Assembly (NCBI RefSeq): GCF_009914755.1
Contig: NC_060934.1
Source of the DNA: the human T2T-CHM13v2.0 reference genome, Homo sapiens
Length of the DNA: 64,000 bases
Reading direction: 5' to 3' (one strand)
Part shown: in pieces, positions 14,146 to 28,575 of the stretch
Position numbering within the stretch: the first letter of the stretch is position 1
Layout of the letters: each line of letters begins with the position of its first letter
Notes under the pieces: generated by a model
Told to the model about the DNA's origin: nothing
Seen by the model: only the letters and a program-made list of their open reading frames with translations
Database searches by the model: none
Translations under genes and position numbers: made by a program

Positions 14146-14368
14146 TGTTTATCTAGGTCAACATTAGATTTTTACCCAATATCTGTGTACACCAAGGCCC
14201 AGCAGGGCAGGGTGGTTACACAGTGTATGTAGCAAGACAAGCCATAACCACTGTGAGAATGACTGCCCAAGAGGAAGGAGAGCATTAAATCTCCTTAGAC
14301 AAGTACCGACAGGTACTGGAAATGCTGTTTCCACAGTGGCCACCCAAGACATTCTCTCCCTAATCCTA

Positions 14369-14735
<367 letters not shown>

Positions 14736-14832
14736 TCATTTTTTTTTTTTTTAATCCACAACTGTGAAGGAGGAGGTGATGGCAATGAGCAGAATGCTTT
14801 CAAATCAAGTGCTATTTTGCTAAAATCAAATA

Positions 14833-15180
14833 TGTCTTAGCTCAGGGTGCTATAACAAGCTGCCATAGGCTGGGGGCCTTAAACAACACTTGTCTATTTC
14901 TCACAATTCTAGAGGCTGGGAAGTCCAAGATCAAGGTGCCAGCAGATCGGGTGTCTGGTGAGGGCTCCCTTCCTGACTGGCACACAGCCACCTTCTGGCT
15001 GTGTCCTCACATGGTGGACAGCAGGGAGAGTGAGAAAAAAGCTCTCCTGTCTCTTCTCCTGGAAGCACTAATCCCATTCTCAGGACTCCCCAAGGCCCCT
15101 CCTCCTAAAACCATAACATAAGGGGTTCAAATTTCAACATATGCATTTTTGGGGGTGACACACACATTCAGATCATAACA
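14833..15180 (-). mobile_element. MaLR solo LTR (MLT1A-like)
   Basis: TG...CA ends; tctcacaattctagaggctgggaagtccaagatcaaggtgccagcagat; ends cacattcagatcataaca. Confidence 0.8.
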
Positions 15181-16452
15181 AGCACTTCAAAATATATTAT
15201 CAGGCCTACAATCTTCACTAGATAGTCAAATTTTACTGGAAATAGATATCTTCAGAGAAAATGCATAATTATCAGGATCCTAGACACTTAATAGAGCATG
15301 GATAAAATAATGCAGATAAAAGTTAGTGAATCCAAAAAGAGTTCTTAAAAAGCTAAGTAAAAGGCGACTCATCCAGAGTTTGACAGACATGGTTGGCATC
15401 TGAAGAAATTTTAGGAAAAAAAAATAGTTCACAACTACACAAGACACAGCCTATTACAAAGCTCTCTTCCTGGCAAAGACACACTATTCAATACCACTCA
15501 CTATAACAACATATAATTTTTATTTAGTCTCATACAAGTCTGCTATTCTGTTAACAAGTCTAAGTTCACACAACATTTTCTAGAGAAGGACTACATTATT
15601 CAACAGCCATAGAAAAGTCCCAGTGTTTATTCTTACCTCAGATATCTATTTTCTTGTTTATGTTTTAATCATGGGCATTCAAGGTGGTGAAAAATCATCC
15701 TTTAGCAAGAGAAGAGTTAGCCCAGGAAGTCATCCCCATCCATGTCACCCATCAAGGCCTAAGTGACGAACGGTTACAGAGACTGACCTAACCTCACCTC
15801 AGTAGATATAGGCAGGCTCCTTAAGCCCAAGGTAGCAAATAAAAAGATCGCAGTAAGAATGCACCTTCTGACTGTGGTAGTTCCTTAGAGCGGTGAAGAA
15901 AAGCACCCAAAACAAGAATTAACCATCCCCCCAAAGAACTCTCTTTCTGGATATCAAAAGAGCCACAGTTCAAGTTCAAAGAGAAACACTCTAGCAACTT
16001 CTGAAAGCAGGAACTGTATGCAACTGAATGACCTCATCCGGCACAGAAGCCAGAGCAAACAATGAAAAACAAACCGTACCAACTCTGGTACCAGTTACTG
16101 ACCTTCCAGACCAAGAGAACGTGCTGGCAGCACTGGTGAAATGTACTTGTCTGTAAAAAAATCAGCTCCTCTACTTGTAAGCAAATATGCACGCAGACTC
16201 TCCAGCCCTGGGTGGGTACCAGGTTGCAACACTCACACAACCTGACTGCAGGAAGCATGCGTGAGTCAACCTCCAATTGGAGGAGGACAAGTTCTCGCAC
16301 TTCTTAGAGCATCACCACAACACCTACAGCATGGAGGCCTGAGACCAATCAGAATGGCCCTCCTGAGGCTGGGATTCATGGCATCACAGCCCACTTTATA
16401 AAATGTGCTAAGAATTTTCTATGGGGAAGGGTTATGTTTAACATGGCGGAAG

Positions 16453-16610
16453 ACAGGTGCGGTGGTGTGCACCCGTGGTCCTAGCTACTCCAGAGGATCG
16501 CTTGTACCCAGGAGTTTGAGGCTGTAGTGCACTATGATCACATCTGTGAAGAGCCACTGCATTTCAACCTGGGTAACACAGAGACCCCATCTCTTCAAAA
16601 AAAAAAAAAA
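16453..16610 (+). mobile_element. Fossil Alu monomer (FAM-like)
   Basis: Monomer retaining the 7SL-type segment ctgtgaagagccactgca (7SL/FAM cctgtgaatagccactgca); A-tail 16597-16610. Confidence 0.75.
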
Positions 16611-16613
16611 TTT

Positions 16614-16653
<40 letters not shown>

Positions 16654-16712
16654 TATATAAGAGTGTGTGTGTATATATGTTATGTATAGGTGTATGTAGA
16701 TATACATATATA
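16614..16712. repeat. (TA)n microsatellite with degenerate TA/TG extension
   Basis: Directly visible after the monomer tail. Confidence 0.9.
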
Positions 16713-17079
16713 TTAGATTGGAAAAAAACGACAAGCAGAAGGGACTTGAGTTCCAGTCCCAACTCTGCCCAACTATATCTGTATGATCTCTGGGCTGAAG
16801 GATCCTCCCCTCTAAAACAAGGAGTTTCCTTCCAGTTCTAGATTGTTATTACTATATTATTAGGAAATAGCAAATATATATCAAAGCAGCAAGAGTGGAA
16901 TTACCATTGCAGAGGCACATATAGACGCCCACTTGGTGACATCTGGCCCACAAGTACATTTCAACTCCTGCACCAAGCCCAGTGCATGGCAGACACCAGC
17001 TACCTCCCAGTGCCGCAGCCCTGCTCAGTCAGTGCACTGTGGAGAGAAACAGGCTTGGTGGAAAGCTCTGAAAACTGTC

Positions 17080-17722
17080 TGCTATGGTTTCACTCTGTCC
17101 CCCAAAGTTCATGTTGAAACTTAATCCTCAATGCAACAGTGATGAGGCCATAAGGGCTCCACCTCATGAATGGATTAATGCTGTTAATGTGGAAGTGGGA
17201 TATAAAATGGAAGACTTCGGCCCCCTTCCTCTTTTGCCCTTCCACCTTCCACCATGGGATGATGCAGCAAGAAGGCCCTCACCAGATGCAGGCCCTCGAC
17301 CTTGGACTTCCCAGTCTCCAGAACTATAAGAAACACATTTTTGGCTGGGTGTGGTGGTTCACACCTGTAATCCCAGCACTTTGGGAGGCCAAGGCAGGAG
17401 GATCACTTGAGGTCAGGAGCTCAAGATCAGCCTAGACAACCAACATGGTGAAACCCCATCTCTACTAAAAATACAAAAAAAAAAAAAAAAAAATTAGCAG
17501 GACATGGTGGAATATGCCTGTAGTCCCGGCTACTTGGGAGGCAGAGGCAGGAGAATCACATGGACCCCAGAGGCAGAGGTTGCAGTAAGCTGCATCACCC
17601 CACTGCACTCCAGCCTGGGCAACTCCATCTCAAAATAAATAAATAAGTAAATAAGTTTCTTTTCTTTGTAAATTACCCAGTCTGTGGTATTCCACTACGG
17701 CAGCATAGAACAGACTACAACA
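17080..17722 (+). mobile_element. MaLR solo LTR (MST-like) interrupted by an Alu
   Basis: tgctatggttt...ccccaaagttcatgttgaaacttaatcc start; aaattacccagtctgtggtattc...gactacaaca end. Confidence 0.8.
17343..17653 (+). mobile_element. Alu (S-like) nested in the MST LTR
   Basis: Full dimer with expanded middle A-tract and (AAAT)n tail. Confidence 0.93.
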
Positions 17723-19065
17723 GCATCTATAAACAATGCTGTTTGACTCACACTTGATTCACTTGGATTCCTTCCAAATGATCATTGTGGATACATGATA
17801 TAAAAACAAACAAACAAAAAAAAAAAACCACCCTAGGGCCCAGGAGTTTATCTGCTCTTTCTGCTCCTTCTCTCATAATCTACCCTTCCCATGACACAGG
17901 GAATATTTTGGTGCTCTCAACATGAAATGCCACAAGACCAGGGTAGACACTTAAGGGTTCAGCTTCCAAGCTCTGCTTATAAAAAATGCAAAATCTCAGT
18001 TCAGTAAGAACAGGGTTTAGTACAATACACAAACACTACTGAATATGCATGCCACCCTGAGAAAAAATCTTGAATTAGTATGTAATAAATAGATAACAAG
18101 GTGATATTCCTCAGGCATCCTGACACAGTTATTCCCAACTGAATCTGTAAGAGTGAACTGTTACTCTTTACATTCTGTACCCTGAGACATCACAATATGT
18201 ATGCACGGTGGATATAATCTATCCAATATCTCAAAACTGAACCCTAGTTTTGTTGTTGTTTTAACCTACACATTATTAACAAGGATCTTCAGTAGGACAT
18301 TTTGCAAACCAGTACAAATGTGCCCTGGGCAAACAGCATTTGGGAAACACTGCTCCCACATACACTTGCAGAGTTCCTGCCAATCAGGAGCTTCCACCGT
18401 CACCCAAGTGTCAGAACAAAGCCCATGTGGCTGATCACAACTGTCCACCTCTTGGCAGCCCATCAGACTAGCAGGCCAGACATACTGTTTTTATCCAATG
18501 GACCACAATTGGCCAAGAGACGAGACTGAGAAAAGGCTTAGCACACAGACCTCTCACAGATTATTAGTACATTTCAGTCAACTCCTAGAAAAAGAATTAC
18601 AAAATTATACTGTTAGTATGAAGGGTAGGAAATAAAATTACTTGATTTTTTAATAACATTACATTCACACTTTTCCCCAAAGCATCTCCACCCCCAACAC
18701 AAGTCATATATGGCCCTATAAATTCTGTATGAAGATGGTGAAATCTCTTCGTAATTCGTGTATAATTGGCCACAGCTAGCAAATAACAGGATGATTGAAT
18801 CCAGGCCTGTTTTATTCCAAAAATCATATTACCCTAGGGTACAGTGTGCCCCATCGGAGAACACACCAGGAAAAGAAATATGACCTCCTTTATTAACAGT
18901 CTTTCATACTGACCTTTAATGAAAACACTGACTTTACCGACCATTGGGAAAGTAGCTCATAAAACTAAGTTATCTGTATGAGTCAATAATAAGCACTAAA
19001 GGGGTTAAGCTTCTTGCACTGAATAAAGCAGGTGGCATATTTTTTAGAATTTCTAGTTTAAGTAG

Positions 19066-19411
<346 letters not shown>

Positions 19412-19749
19412 AAGAAGCTTTTCAATGGAGAGCAATACAAACACAGTCAAGAAAAAGCACTGTGTGATGGCCTGGACACCAAGGGAATACCACACACGTC
19501 ACAAAGGAGCTCACGCAGGCACAGGGGCCAGGGAAACCTAACATCTAAAAGATCTTTAGGGTACAGCTTCCAAACTTTTCTAACAGCAACTGACAACCAG
19601 AAAAACATTTTACATCACAATGCAGACAGACACATGTGTGCACGGGCTCACAAAACAATACAAATACCCCATATGGGCACACATTTCCTAATCTACTTTA
19701 CGTTTTAAAATGCGGGCTGTGACCCTCAGTATAAAAACACTGAGTCAGA

Positions 19750-20140
19750 TCCAGCAAGGGATGAAAGAATAAGCCATGTGGTCTATCCATACAACACAGA
19801 TATTAGGCATTTTTCAGCCTTAAAAAGGAAGGAAATTGTCATACATGCTACCACATAGACAGGTCTTGAAGACATCACGCTAAGCGAAATAAGCCAGTCA
19901 CAAAAAGACAAGTACTGTACGATTCCATTTATATGAGCTCCCTAGAAGAGTCAAACTCACAGAAAGTAGAATGCTGCTTCCCAGGGGCTGGGAGAAGGGA
20001 ATGGGGAGGAATTGTATTATGGGTACCGAGTTTTGGTTTGGGATGATGAAAAAGTTCTGGAGATGGATGGTGGAGATGGTTGCACAGCAGTGTGGTTAAA
20101 ATGGTTTACCTCGTTGTGTATATTTCACCACGATTTTTTA
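19750..20140 (+). mobile_element. L1M (L1MB-like) 3' end fragment
   Basis: cagccttaaaaaggaaggaaatt, gctaagcgaaataagccagtcacaaaaagacaa, aaagttctggagatggatggtgg. Confidence 0.8.
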
Positions 20141-20155
20141 AAAAGCCACTGAGTT

Positions 20156-20476
<321 letters not shown>

Positions 20477-20924
20477 AAAGCCACTGAGTTAGAAAGCAGT
20501 GAACAGTGGGAAAACTCTCACAAAATTATGGCTTTCTGTACTATGTGATATTAGTAAAACTGGCACAATTGGAACCAAACATTTACAGTAGTATTCTGTG
20601 GCATTAGAATTCTAACAGTGCAAACACATCTTTGTACTTTATTTTTTTCTATCTATAAAACAGGAATAAGGCTACTTACTACAAAATGAAAGAAGATTGC
20701 AAGTCCCAAAAACCGTTTTATTAGAAAAGTTGAGAATACCAATGAAAACCTAGTTAAGAACAGAAATGATCAGATCCCTGAATAGAGAAGGGGTATTTTA
20801 GATTAAATCTTCCCAGAGTATTTGGGATCAGTAATGTGTTGCCTCTATTAAACACGACGAAAAAACAGCAACACTGATTACAAGCAGAATGGAAAAAATA
20901 CATAATAATGCATGGCTTTTTTGA

Positions 20925-21395
20925 TCAATAATTGTTTCTTCATATTGTCAATGTATGCTTACAAAGAAGTTTCTCTATTCAAATGCTTCCATTCACTGAC
21001 AGAACACTGCTTATGATGAAATCTTACAGAAAACATGCATGCCTTTTATGGCTGGATATGCCTCCTTGCCTCACAGGGCCCAACTGAGACAATATTCTAA
21101 TTGCGTATTCTCGATGTGTACTTACAAAGGTGTTTCTCTGTCAAATCCTTCCATTCTCTGACAGAAAACAGTTTATGATACATCTTAAAGAAAGCATGCT
21201 CATATTTGCATTCTATTGCTGGATTTTTCTGCTTGGCCTCATGGGGCCCAATGGAGAAAGAATCATGTTCTAATAACGTATTCTCGATGTGTGCTTACCA
21301 AGGTGTTTCTCTGTCAAACTCTTCCGTTCACGGAAAGAAAACAGCTTCACGTGAATCTTTAAAAAAGCGAGCTTACGTTTGCCTTTTACAGCTAC
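20925..21395. repeat. Degenerate tandem triplication, period 163-173 bp
   Basis: The motif tatt(c/g)tc(g/a)atgt.t.cttac.aag recurs at 20943, 21106 and 21279 with collinear downstream similarity. Confidence 0.88.
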
Positions 21396-22791
21396 GTATA
21401 TAAACTTGCATAGTACGAAGAAATAAAAAAAAATGTTCTAGTCTTAAAAATTGTTTCTTTTTAAAAACTGTATTTCCGAAGGTATACAGATCAATATCAG
21501 AGTGTTAGCCCCTGATTTTCAGGTTGAGATCCTGGGATTTCAGCTCCCAAGATGGCAGGAGAGGCCTTGTTCTCTAACGCTAATCTCAGCTCATTTCCAA
21601 GTGCCAAGCCTTGAAACTCAGATCTGTAAACCTCTGCTTATAACGTAACAACACAGGTCCACATTAATAACCATGATGAAGCAGGCCCAATGTTTTTAAC
21701 CCCCAATGTGAACAAAAGTATTTACTTATAATCTAGTTTTCTGTGCATTCTCTAATACTGAAGTCGTTTCTCTTTAAGATAAACATTTTAGGACAGTTAA
21801 TATTTCTGTAACTGCAGCCAGCCAGGAAATACATTGAGTTACACGAAGTTTTTTATTAAAGGTGGTATGGCTAATGCCACCTAAAAATGGCTCCCTTCCC
21901 CCAGTTCTTCCCAATGGAACTTAGTCCTAAAGCTGACACCCATTTTCATGTTTAAATAAGAGCTTCACAGGGCTCTCAACCTCCACATCCAGAGCCAGGG
22001 CGTGCGGGTACAAAGCTTTCTTTCCATTTGGAAAAGTTCATTAAATGAAATGGTAACGAACTCCGCTTCCAAGCAGAATGAGCAACTACGCTAACATTTC
22101 TGTTAACTGCAAGCAGGTGCCAGCCTCCCTAATGACAGGAAGTTCCCTGAGGGCGAATATCCTGCACTTATCTGTGCCCTGGATGCTGGATCCTTCATTT
22201 GGAGTTGAACAAACATCAGTTGAATTAATACATTCCATAAACTCAATCCAGTCTCACTCATCTGTCTTCACTCTGCCAAACCTCTTTGAGTAATTTCCTC
22301 AACGTTAGAAATATAGTGAAGAAAAGTCTAGAATAAACAAGTTGCTTCCCTATCACGGAGGCACATTTCCTTCGGAGATTCTGAAATAACACTACTGGCT
22401 TATAAATATGACAAGCCTTCACTGGGGAAAAAAAAGAGATCCATCAGACTTGCCGAGAGAGGGGACCTTGCCAAATTGCTCACTTTCTGGTCCTGTTTAT
22501 AGAGTGAGTGATAGCAGTCTTCATTTGCGACATATTTTCCGGAGTCCGGAAGCAGCTACTGGCCATTCAGAAGGCAAGAAGACCTCACCAACTGCACCCT
22601 CGGTCACAAGAAAGAATTATTTACTTGGGAATTCCTGTTCAGCAAAAGAAAAACAGAACTATTTAAGAAGAGATTAGAACAAGGAAGAATGGGGCAGAAG
22701 AGAAGTATGCATACCATTCCTGGCAAATCATTGTTGGGAACAAACAGTGACGATCAAATTTTAATCTAAAGAATGCCGCAAGTTAGCTCAC

Positions 22792-22872
22792 CTGTGGTTT
22801 ATCACTACCCCAAGTACTGATTACTCAATCAGGGTCTCCAAAAAGTATAGCATGTTTTCGTTCAAACGCAAG
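22792..22872 (-). other. Candidate 81-nt non-coding (5'UTR) exon
   Basis: Minus-strand acceptor CTGTCATTTTTAG|CTT and donor CAG|GTGAGC; stops in all three frames. Motif-based only. Confidence 0.4.
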
Positions 22873-23680
22873 CTAAAAATGACAGCCTTGTTCACACATT
22901 GTAAGACTTTACCTAAATTATAACGAAGAGAAAAAAAAGCTACACTCCTTTTCTATTAATATATACAAGCCTCTCAGGAAAATTCCCGGTGACAAACACC
23001 TAGAAAAAACCCATTCGTTGTATGAAGCACTCGGCTCAAGTCCATAAATTGATTTTCTAAGATGTTATCTTAATTTGCTTCTGAAATAATTACCAATTTG
23101 ACATACCAATTGTGAAAATTAATTTTTTTAAATGTAAGCTTCTCCAAAGAAGGGTCGGCCAGCTAAGCATCATTTGGAAACACCCATACCAATTAGTAGA
23201 ATTCCTTGAACAGAGGAAGGCACTAAGTCAATGAATGAAAACAAACTAAACTCTTTTGGAAACAGCAATGCTGAAGAAACCGTATATTCAATCTTCAGAA
23301 GCCAGTTACCCGGTTGCTGTAAAGCAGTGCATATCTAAACCCTCTATTGCAAAGTAACCAAAATCTCACAATTAGAATAAACAGAGGAAACCAGTGAGAG
23401 GGTCATCTCAAAACCGTTCCTACCTCTCTACCTGGCTGGTAACTGCCCTAAAATTGCAACCCTGGGCTTTATCAAGCAAAGAAATGGAAATTCTACTTAA
23501 GCAAATCCAGAAATTTCTGTTAGTTGCATTACCCAAGTAAAAGCACACAAGGGCAACAGAATTTCAAAACCAAGTTTGTTACTCAATACCCCATATTAGG
23601 AGATAAGAGGAGGATAAAACTGTTCTGTCATTCACTAGTTCCTTCCAAAAAAGATTTGGAGTGTGTTAAAAGTCATACAT

Positions 23681-23953
<273 letters not shown>

Positions 23954-24000
23954 AAAAGTCATACATTCAACTAGGTAAATAAAATAACATTAGAAAGCCA

Positions 24001-24372
<372 letters not shown>

Positions 24373-24895
24373 CTAAGTGTGGTTTTGAGTTTCCTGGGGG
24401 CCAGGACCAAAAATAAAAAGGTACATACTATACATTCTTAGAAAAAAAAATAAGTATCCATCTTCTCAAGGAAAAGAAAAAATATCATGGTATGATTGTC
24501 TAAAAGAAGTTTTCCACATGGAATGTTACACAAGGAACAGCGCACTACAGCATGGACAAAAGCCTTTATTCATTCATGCCAAATAAAAGCATACTGAACA
24601 CATAGCTGTGTTTTATTAAAAAAAAAAAACTGTTAAAGGCCAAAGACATAGGATTATGCCTAGCCTTTAATTCACTGCTCTTTAAATCATTTTAATTCAC
24701 TGAAAGAAAATGCTAGCAGGATCCTCACACTTGGCCTCCCAGGATCCTAACTTCATACCAAGATGGAACGTAATGTATTCTGCAGAACGTTCTTCCCAGA
24801 GATCATTTCCTTCTGTTGGCTTATTGAGAGCACAGTGATTAAAACCTCCAGAACTCTTACTCTGTTGCTTTGGTAAGTTCAATAAGCAATCTCAC

Positions 24896-25350
24896 CTGGC
24901 TGAATGCACCTGAAGTTACAGCAAATCAGAGCAAGAACTAAAGCAAGTCTCTGCTGCTGGAAACAGCAGATACAAAACCCAAAGTCTATGAAATGTAGGT
25001 TCTAGCGGCCGGGCCAGGGGAGGAGGAGGACAGGCAATTTGCAAATGAGCACGCACATATCTGCAATCGGTCTGGTGCAGTGCTCGGAAGAAAAATAACA
25101 AGAGCTGAGTAAGAGAGCGTTGCGCGTCAGATGTCGCATTTATAAAGGGTGGCCCGGAGGCCTCTGCAGCACATTTGGCCCAAGTTTTCCTGACAGGGAT
25201 CTGGAGAAACACAGAGGCCCTGGGCAAGCACCTGAATCGCTGCTTAGGGAAAACAGCAAAGAGGCCAATGTGGCTGCGGTAGGGTGCCACGAGGGAAGCG
25301 GCTGGAACCCGGGTCAGGCTCAGCCTCAGATGCATTCCACAACTCAAGAA
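24896..25350 (-). promoter_or_regulatory. Candidate internal promoter and alternative first exon
   Basis: TATAAAT (minus, 25144-25138), locally raised CpG density, TEAD-type CATTCCA near 25333, donor CAG|GTGAGA at 24896/24895. Confidence 0.4.
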
Positions 25351-25543
25351 GCAGTTGATTCAAGTGTCAGAGTTCCAGGCCACCAAATGCAGTGGAAAAA
25401 TTAACTGGCCTGAAAGACGTTCGTTCAGAGCCATCCCTGCCACAGCCTCATCCAGCCATCAGGATGTTCCCAGCAGACATCTAATTCTGGCTGCCATCAC
25501 CGGCAGGTGTCCACGCCAGGAGCAGTTTTAAAATCAATGCCCA

Positions 25544-25853
25544 GCCAGGCGCGGTGGCTCATACTTGTACTCCCAGCTCTTTGGAAGGTCAAGGCAGGAT
25601 GACTGTTTGAGGTCAAGAGTTGGAGAACAGCCTGGGCACCATAGCAAGACCCTGTTTCTACAAAAACATAGTAAAACTCAAGTGAGCGTGGTGGTGCACA
25701 CCCACGGTCCCAGCTACTCGGGAGGCTGGGGTGGGAGGATCACTTGAGTCCAGGAGTCCAGGGCTGCAGTGAACTGTGGTCACATCACATCACTGTACTC
25801 CAGACTGGGTAACAGAGCAAGACCATGTCTCAAAAAAATAAAATAAATATAAA
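25544..25853 (+). mobile_element. AluJ-like
   Basis: Divergent dimer with J-type ggaggatcacttgag; TSD taaaatcaatgccca at 25529-25543 and 25854-25868. Confidence 0.92.
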
Positions 25854-26254
25854 TAAAATCAATGCCCATTTATCATAAGGAGACAGCTGTACAGAATTTG
25901 GTATTGTTTAAAATTGTATAGGATGCTTGCCCAAGTTGACAGTTTCAACTTTGGCATATTGTTGACACATTCTTTGTGACAAAAGTTGACACTCCCAGTT
26001 ATGGCACATAAGAATAAAACCCTGTCTTCAACCACAGAGAATAGCAGCAGCAGCCTGTTTGCCATGGGTTACCAAAGGGATCCAAGGTTGCTAGGATACT
26101 TCAGTTTCAAATATCCTTCTTTGCTATCCCCGTAAATATACACTAAGTTTTCAAACAATTCACTCTAATCCTGATTAGATAATAAACTGTGACCACACCT
26201 CTGGGAGATAAATAATGGTCTTTCTAAAAACAGTACCAGAGCATCGAAGTGTAA

Positions 26255-26602
<348 letters not shown>

Positions 26603-26730
26603 TACCCACATGTTTTAACGTTGTACTGAGTACTTATTCCATGGAGGCACACTACTCTTACACCAACTTTATTACTGTATAACTCTATGAAGGAGGCACT
26701 ATTATTTTATTGATAAGAAAGACGAAACTC

Positions 26731-27040
26731 GCCGGGCATGGTGGCTTACGCCTATAATCCCAGCACTTTGGGAGGCCAAGGCACGTGAACCACCTGAGGT
26801 CAGGAGTTCGAGATCGGCCTGGCCAACATGGCAAAACCCCATCTCTACTAAAAATACAAAAATTAGCCGGGCATAGTGGCGTGCCCCTATAATCCCAGCT
26901 ACTTGGGAGGCTAAGGCAGGAGAATTGCTTGAACCCAGCGGGGTGGAGGCTGCAGTAAGCGGAGATCGCGCCACTGCACTCCAGCCTGGGCAAAACAGTG
27001 AGACTCTGTCTCAAAAAAAAAAAAAAAAAAGAAAAGAAAG
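26731..27040 (+). mobile_element. Alu (Sx-like)
   Basis: Full dimer with A/GAAA tail. Confidence 0.95.
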
Positions 27041-28575
27041 AAAGAAAGCCAAAGCTGGTAAACGGCAGACCTGGAAGGTGGGCCCGGCAGTCTCATTCCA
27101 GAGCCTGATAAATCATACTATTACTATTTCTCCAACTAAAGAAACCAGAAGGAGGAAAATTCTTCATCTGGCAGAAGTTACCCAGGGAGAGAGAAGAGGA
27201 CATATCCCTTCTGCTTGGCTAACAGGACAGCCTGTGTCTTATCTGAGAGTCAGGGCCCTCGCGGGGCAGAGTCGGAGATGAAGATACTGCAGGGAAAGTA
27301 GCTGCTGCTGCACCTTAGTGACAGATGACATGAAGCGCAGGACCGCAGCACAGACCACAGAACTCTGAAAACAGGACCCAAGCTCACCTTAGCGGGAAGT
27401 CACCACCCACTCACCTCCGCCCTTCTAGAGCTGAGTATTCTTTCACCTGTGGAAGTCACAAGCATGTGGCGTGGCTCTCCATTTTTAATTTTTTTAAAAA
27501 GTGGTCGCGGAAGTTGTGGCCAGACACATCACCCCACCCCAGTCCTAAAGGTAAGGTGGGTGGGGACGGAGGAAGAAGAAGAGGCTGGGCCTAACTAATC
27601 TGGGCACGTCCTTGCCAACATCTGCTGCTATGAAGGAGGGGGAAAAGTTGACAGTGGAAGGAAACTACAGGGAAAAAGGAAAAGAAACCACTGGACAAGG
27701 CCACAAGTTCGTCCATTCACCGGAAGAATCTTCTATAGGCGAACCCTGTTGAGCGCTCTCCTAGACCCAAGGCCACCCCTCAGGATCCAGGGCCTGGGAC
27801 ACAATACAAAGTACAAAACGACACTCTCCCCGAAAGGGACTCGTGGCCACCGTTGTTCATAGGAGTGTTTCATGGCAAGTCTTAGGAAAGAGGGTTTTGA
27901 GTTCAGGAAGTGTGGGACTAAAATGACACCAACACAGAAATAAACACTGCCTTTCAGTAGGAGTTCCTAGCTACTCCGGCAGATCCAGATGCTGAGACAT
28001 ACTGGGTCCGAAAGAAAGACTGATGGAGGGACCAAGCAAGACAGGCCCTCCTGATGCCCAGCCCTGAGGCTGCCACCTAAATAAGCAGCAACACTCTGGG
28101 TCTGATCTGGGTAGCTCGTTGGTGTCTCAGCTGAGTAGCAGCAATGACTCAGGAAGAAGCACTTAAGCCCTATAGGACCCTAAAGAGACACAAAGATGAG
28201 GATGCCAAGGGTCCCTGTCCTCAGAGTTGCCAACCAGATATGGAAAAACGCAGTGTATAACCAAGTGACCAGGGGAAAACCCCAAGGTGGAAAAGGACCT
28301 CCGAGGTCCAGCTGCCGATGAGAATTATGCTTTCGCACCCCATGGCCCTCGGCACTCAGAGTCTTTCGCTCCATTTTCACCATAAACAAAAAAGTCTCAA
28401 AACATGACAACAGCCTGTAAGATGCTGTGATCCAAATAAAATAGTTGGTGCAGAAATTCAAGGAAGTGCATCAACTCCTCCCAAAAGGGATGGAGAAACC
28501 ACACCAAAAGAAAACCAGGAACACACGTGCAGTGCTCTCCCTACAATTATAAACAGCTCCAAGATACGGACCCTG

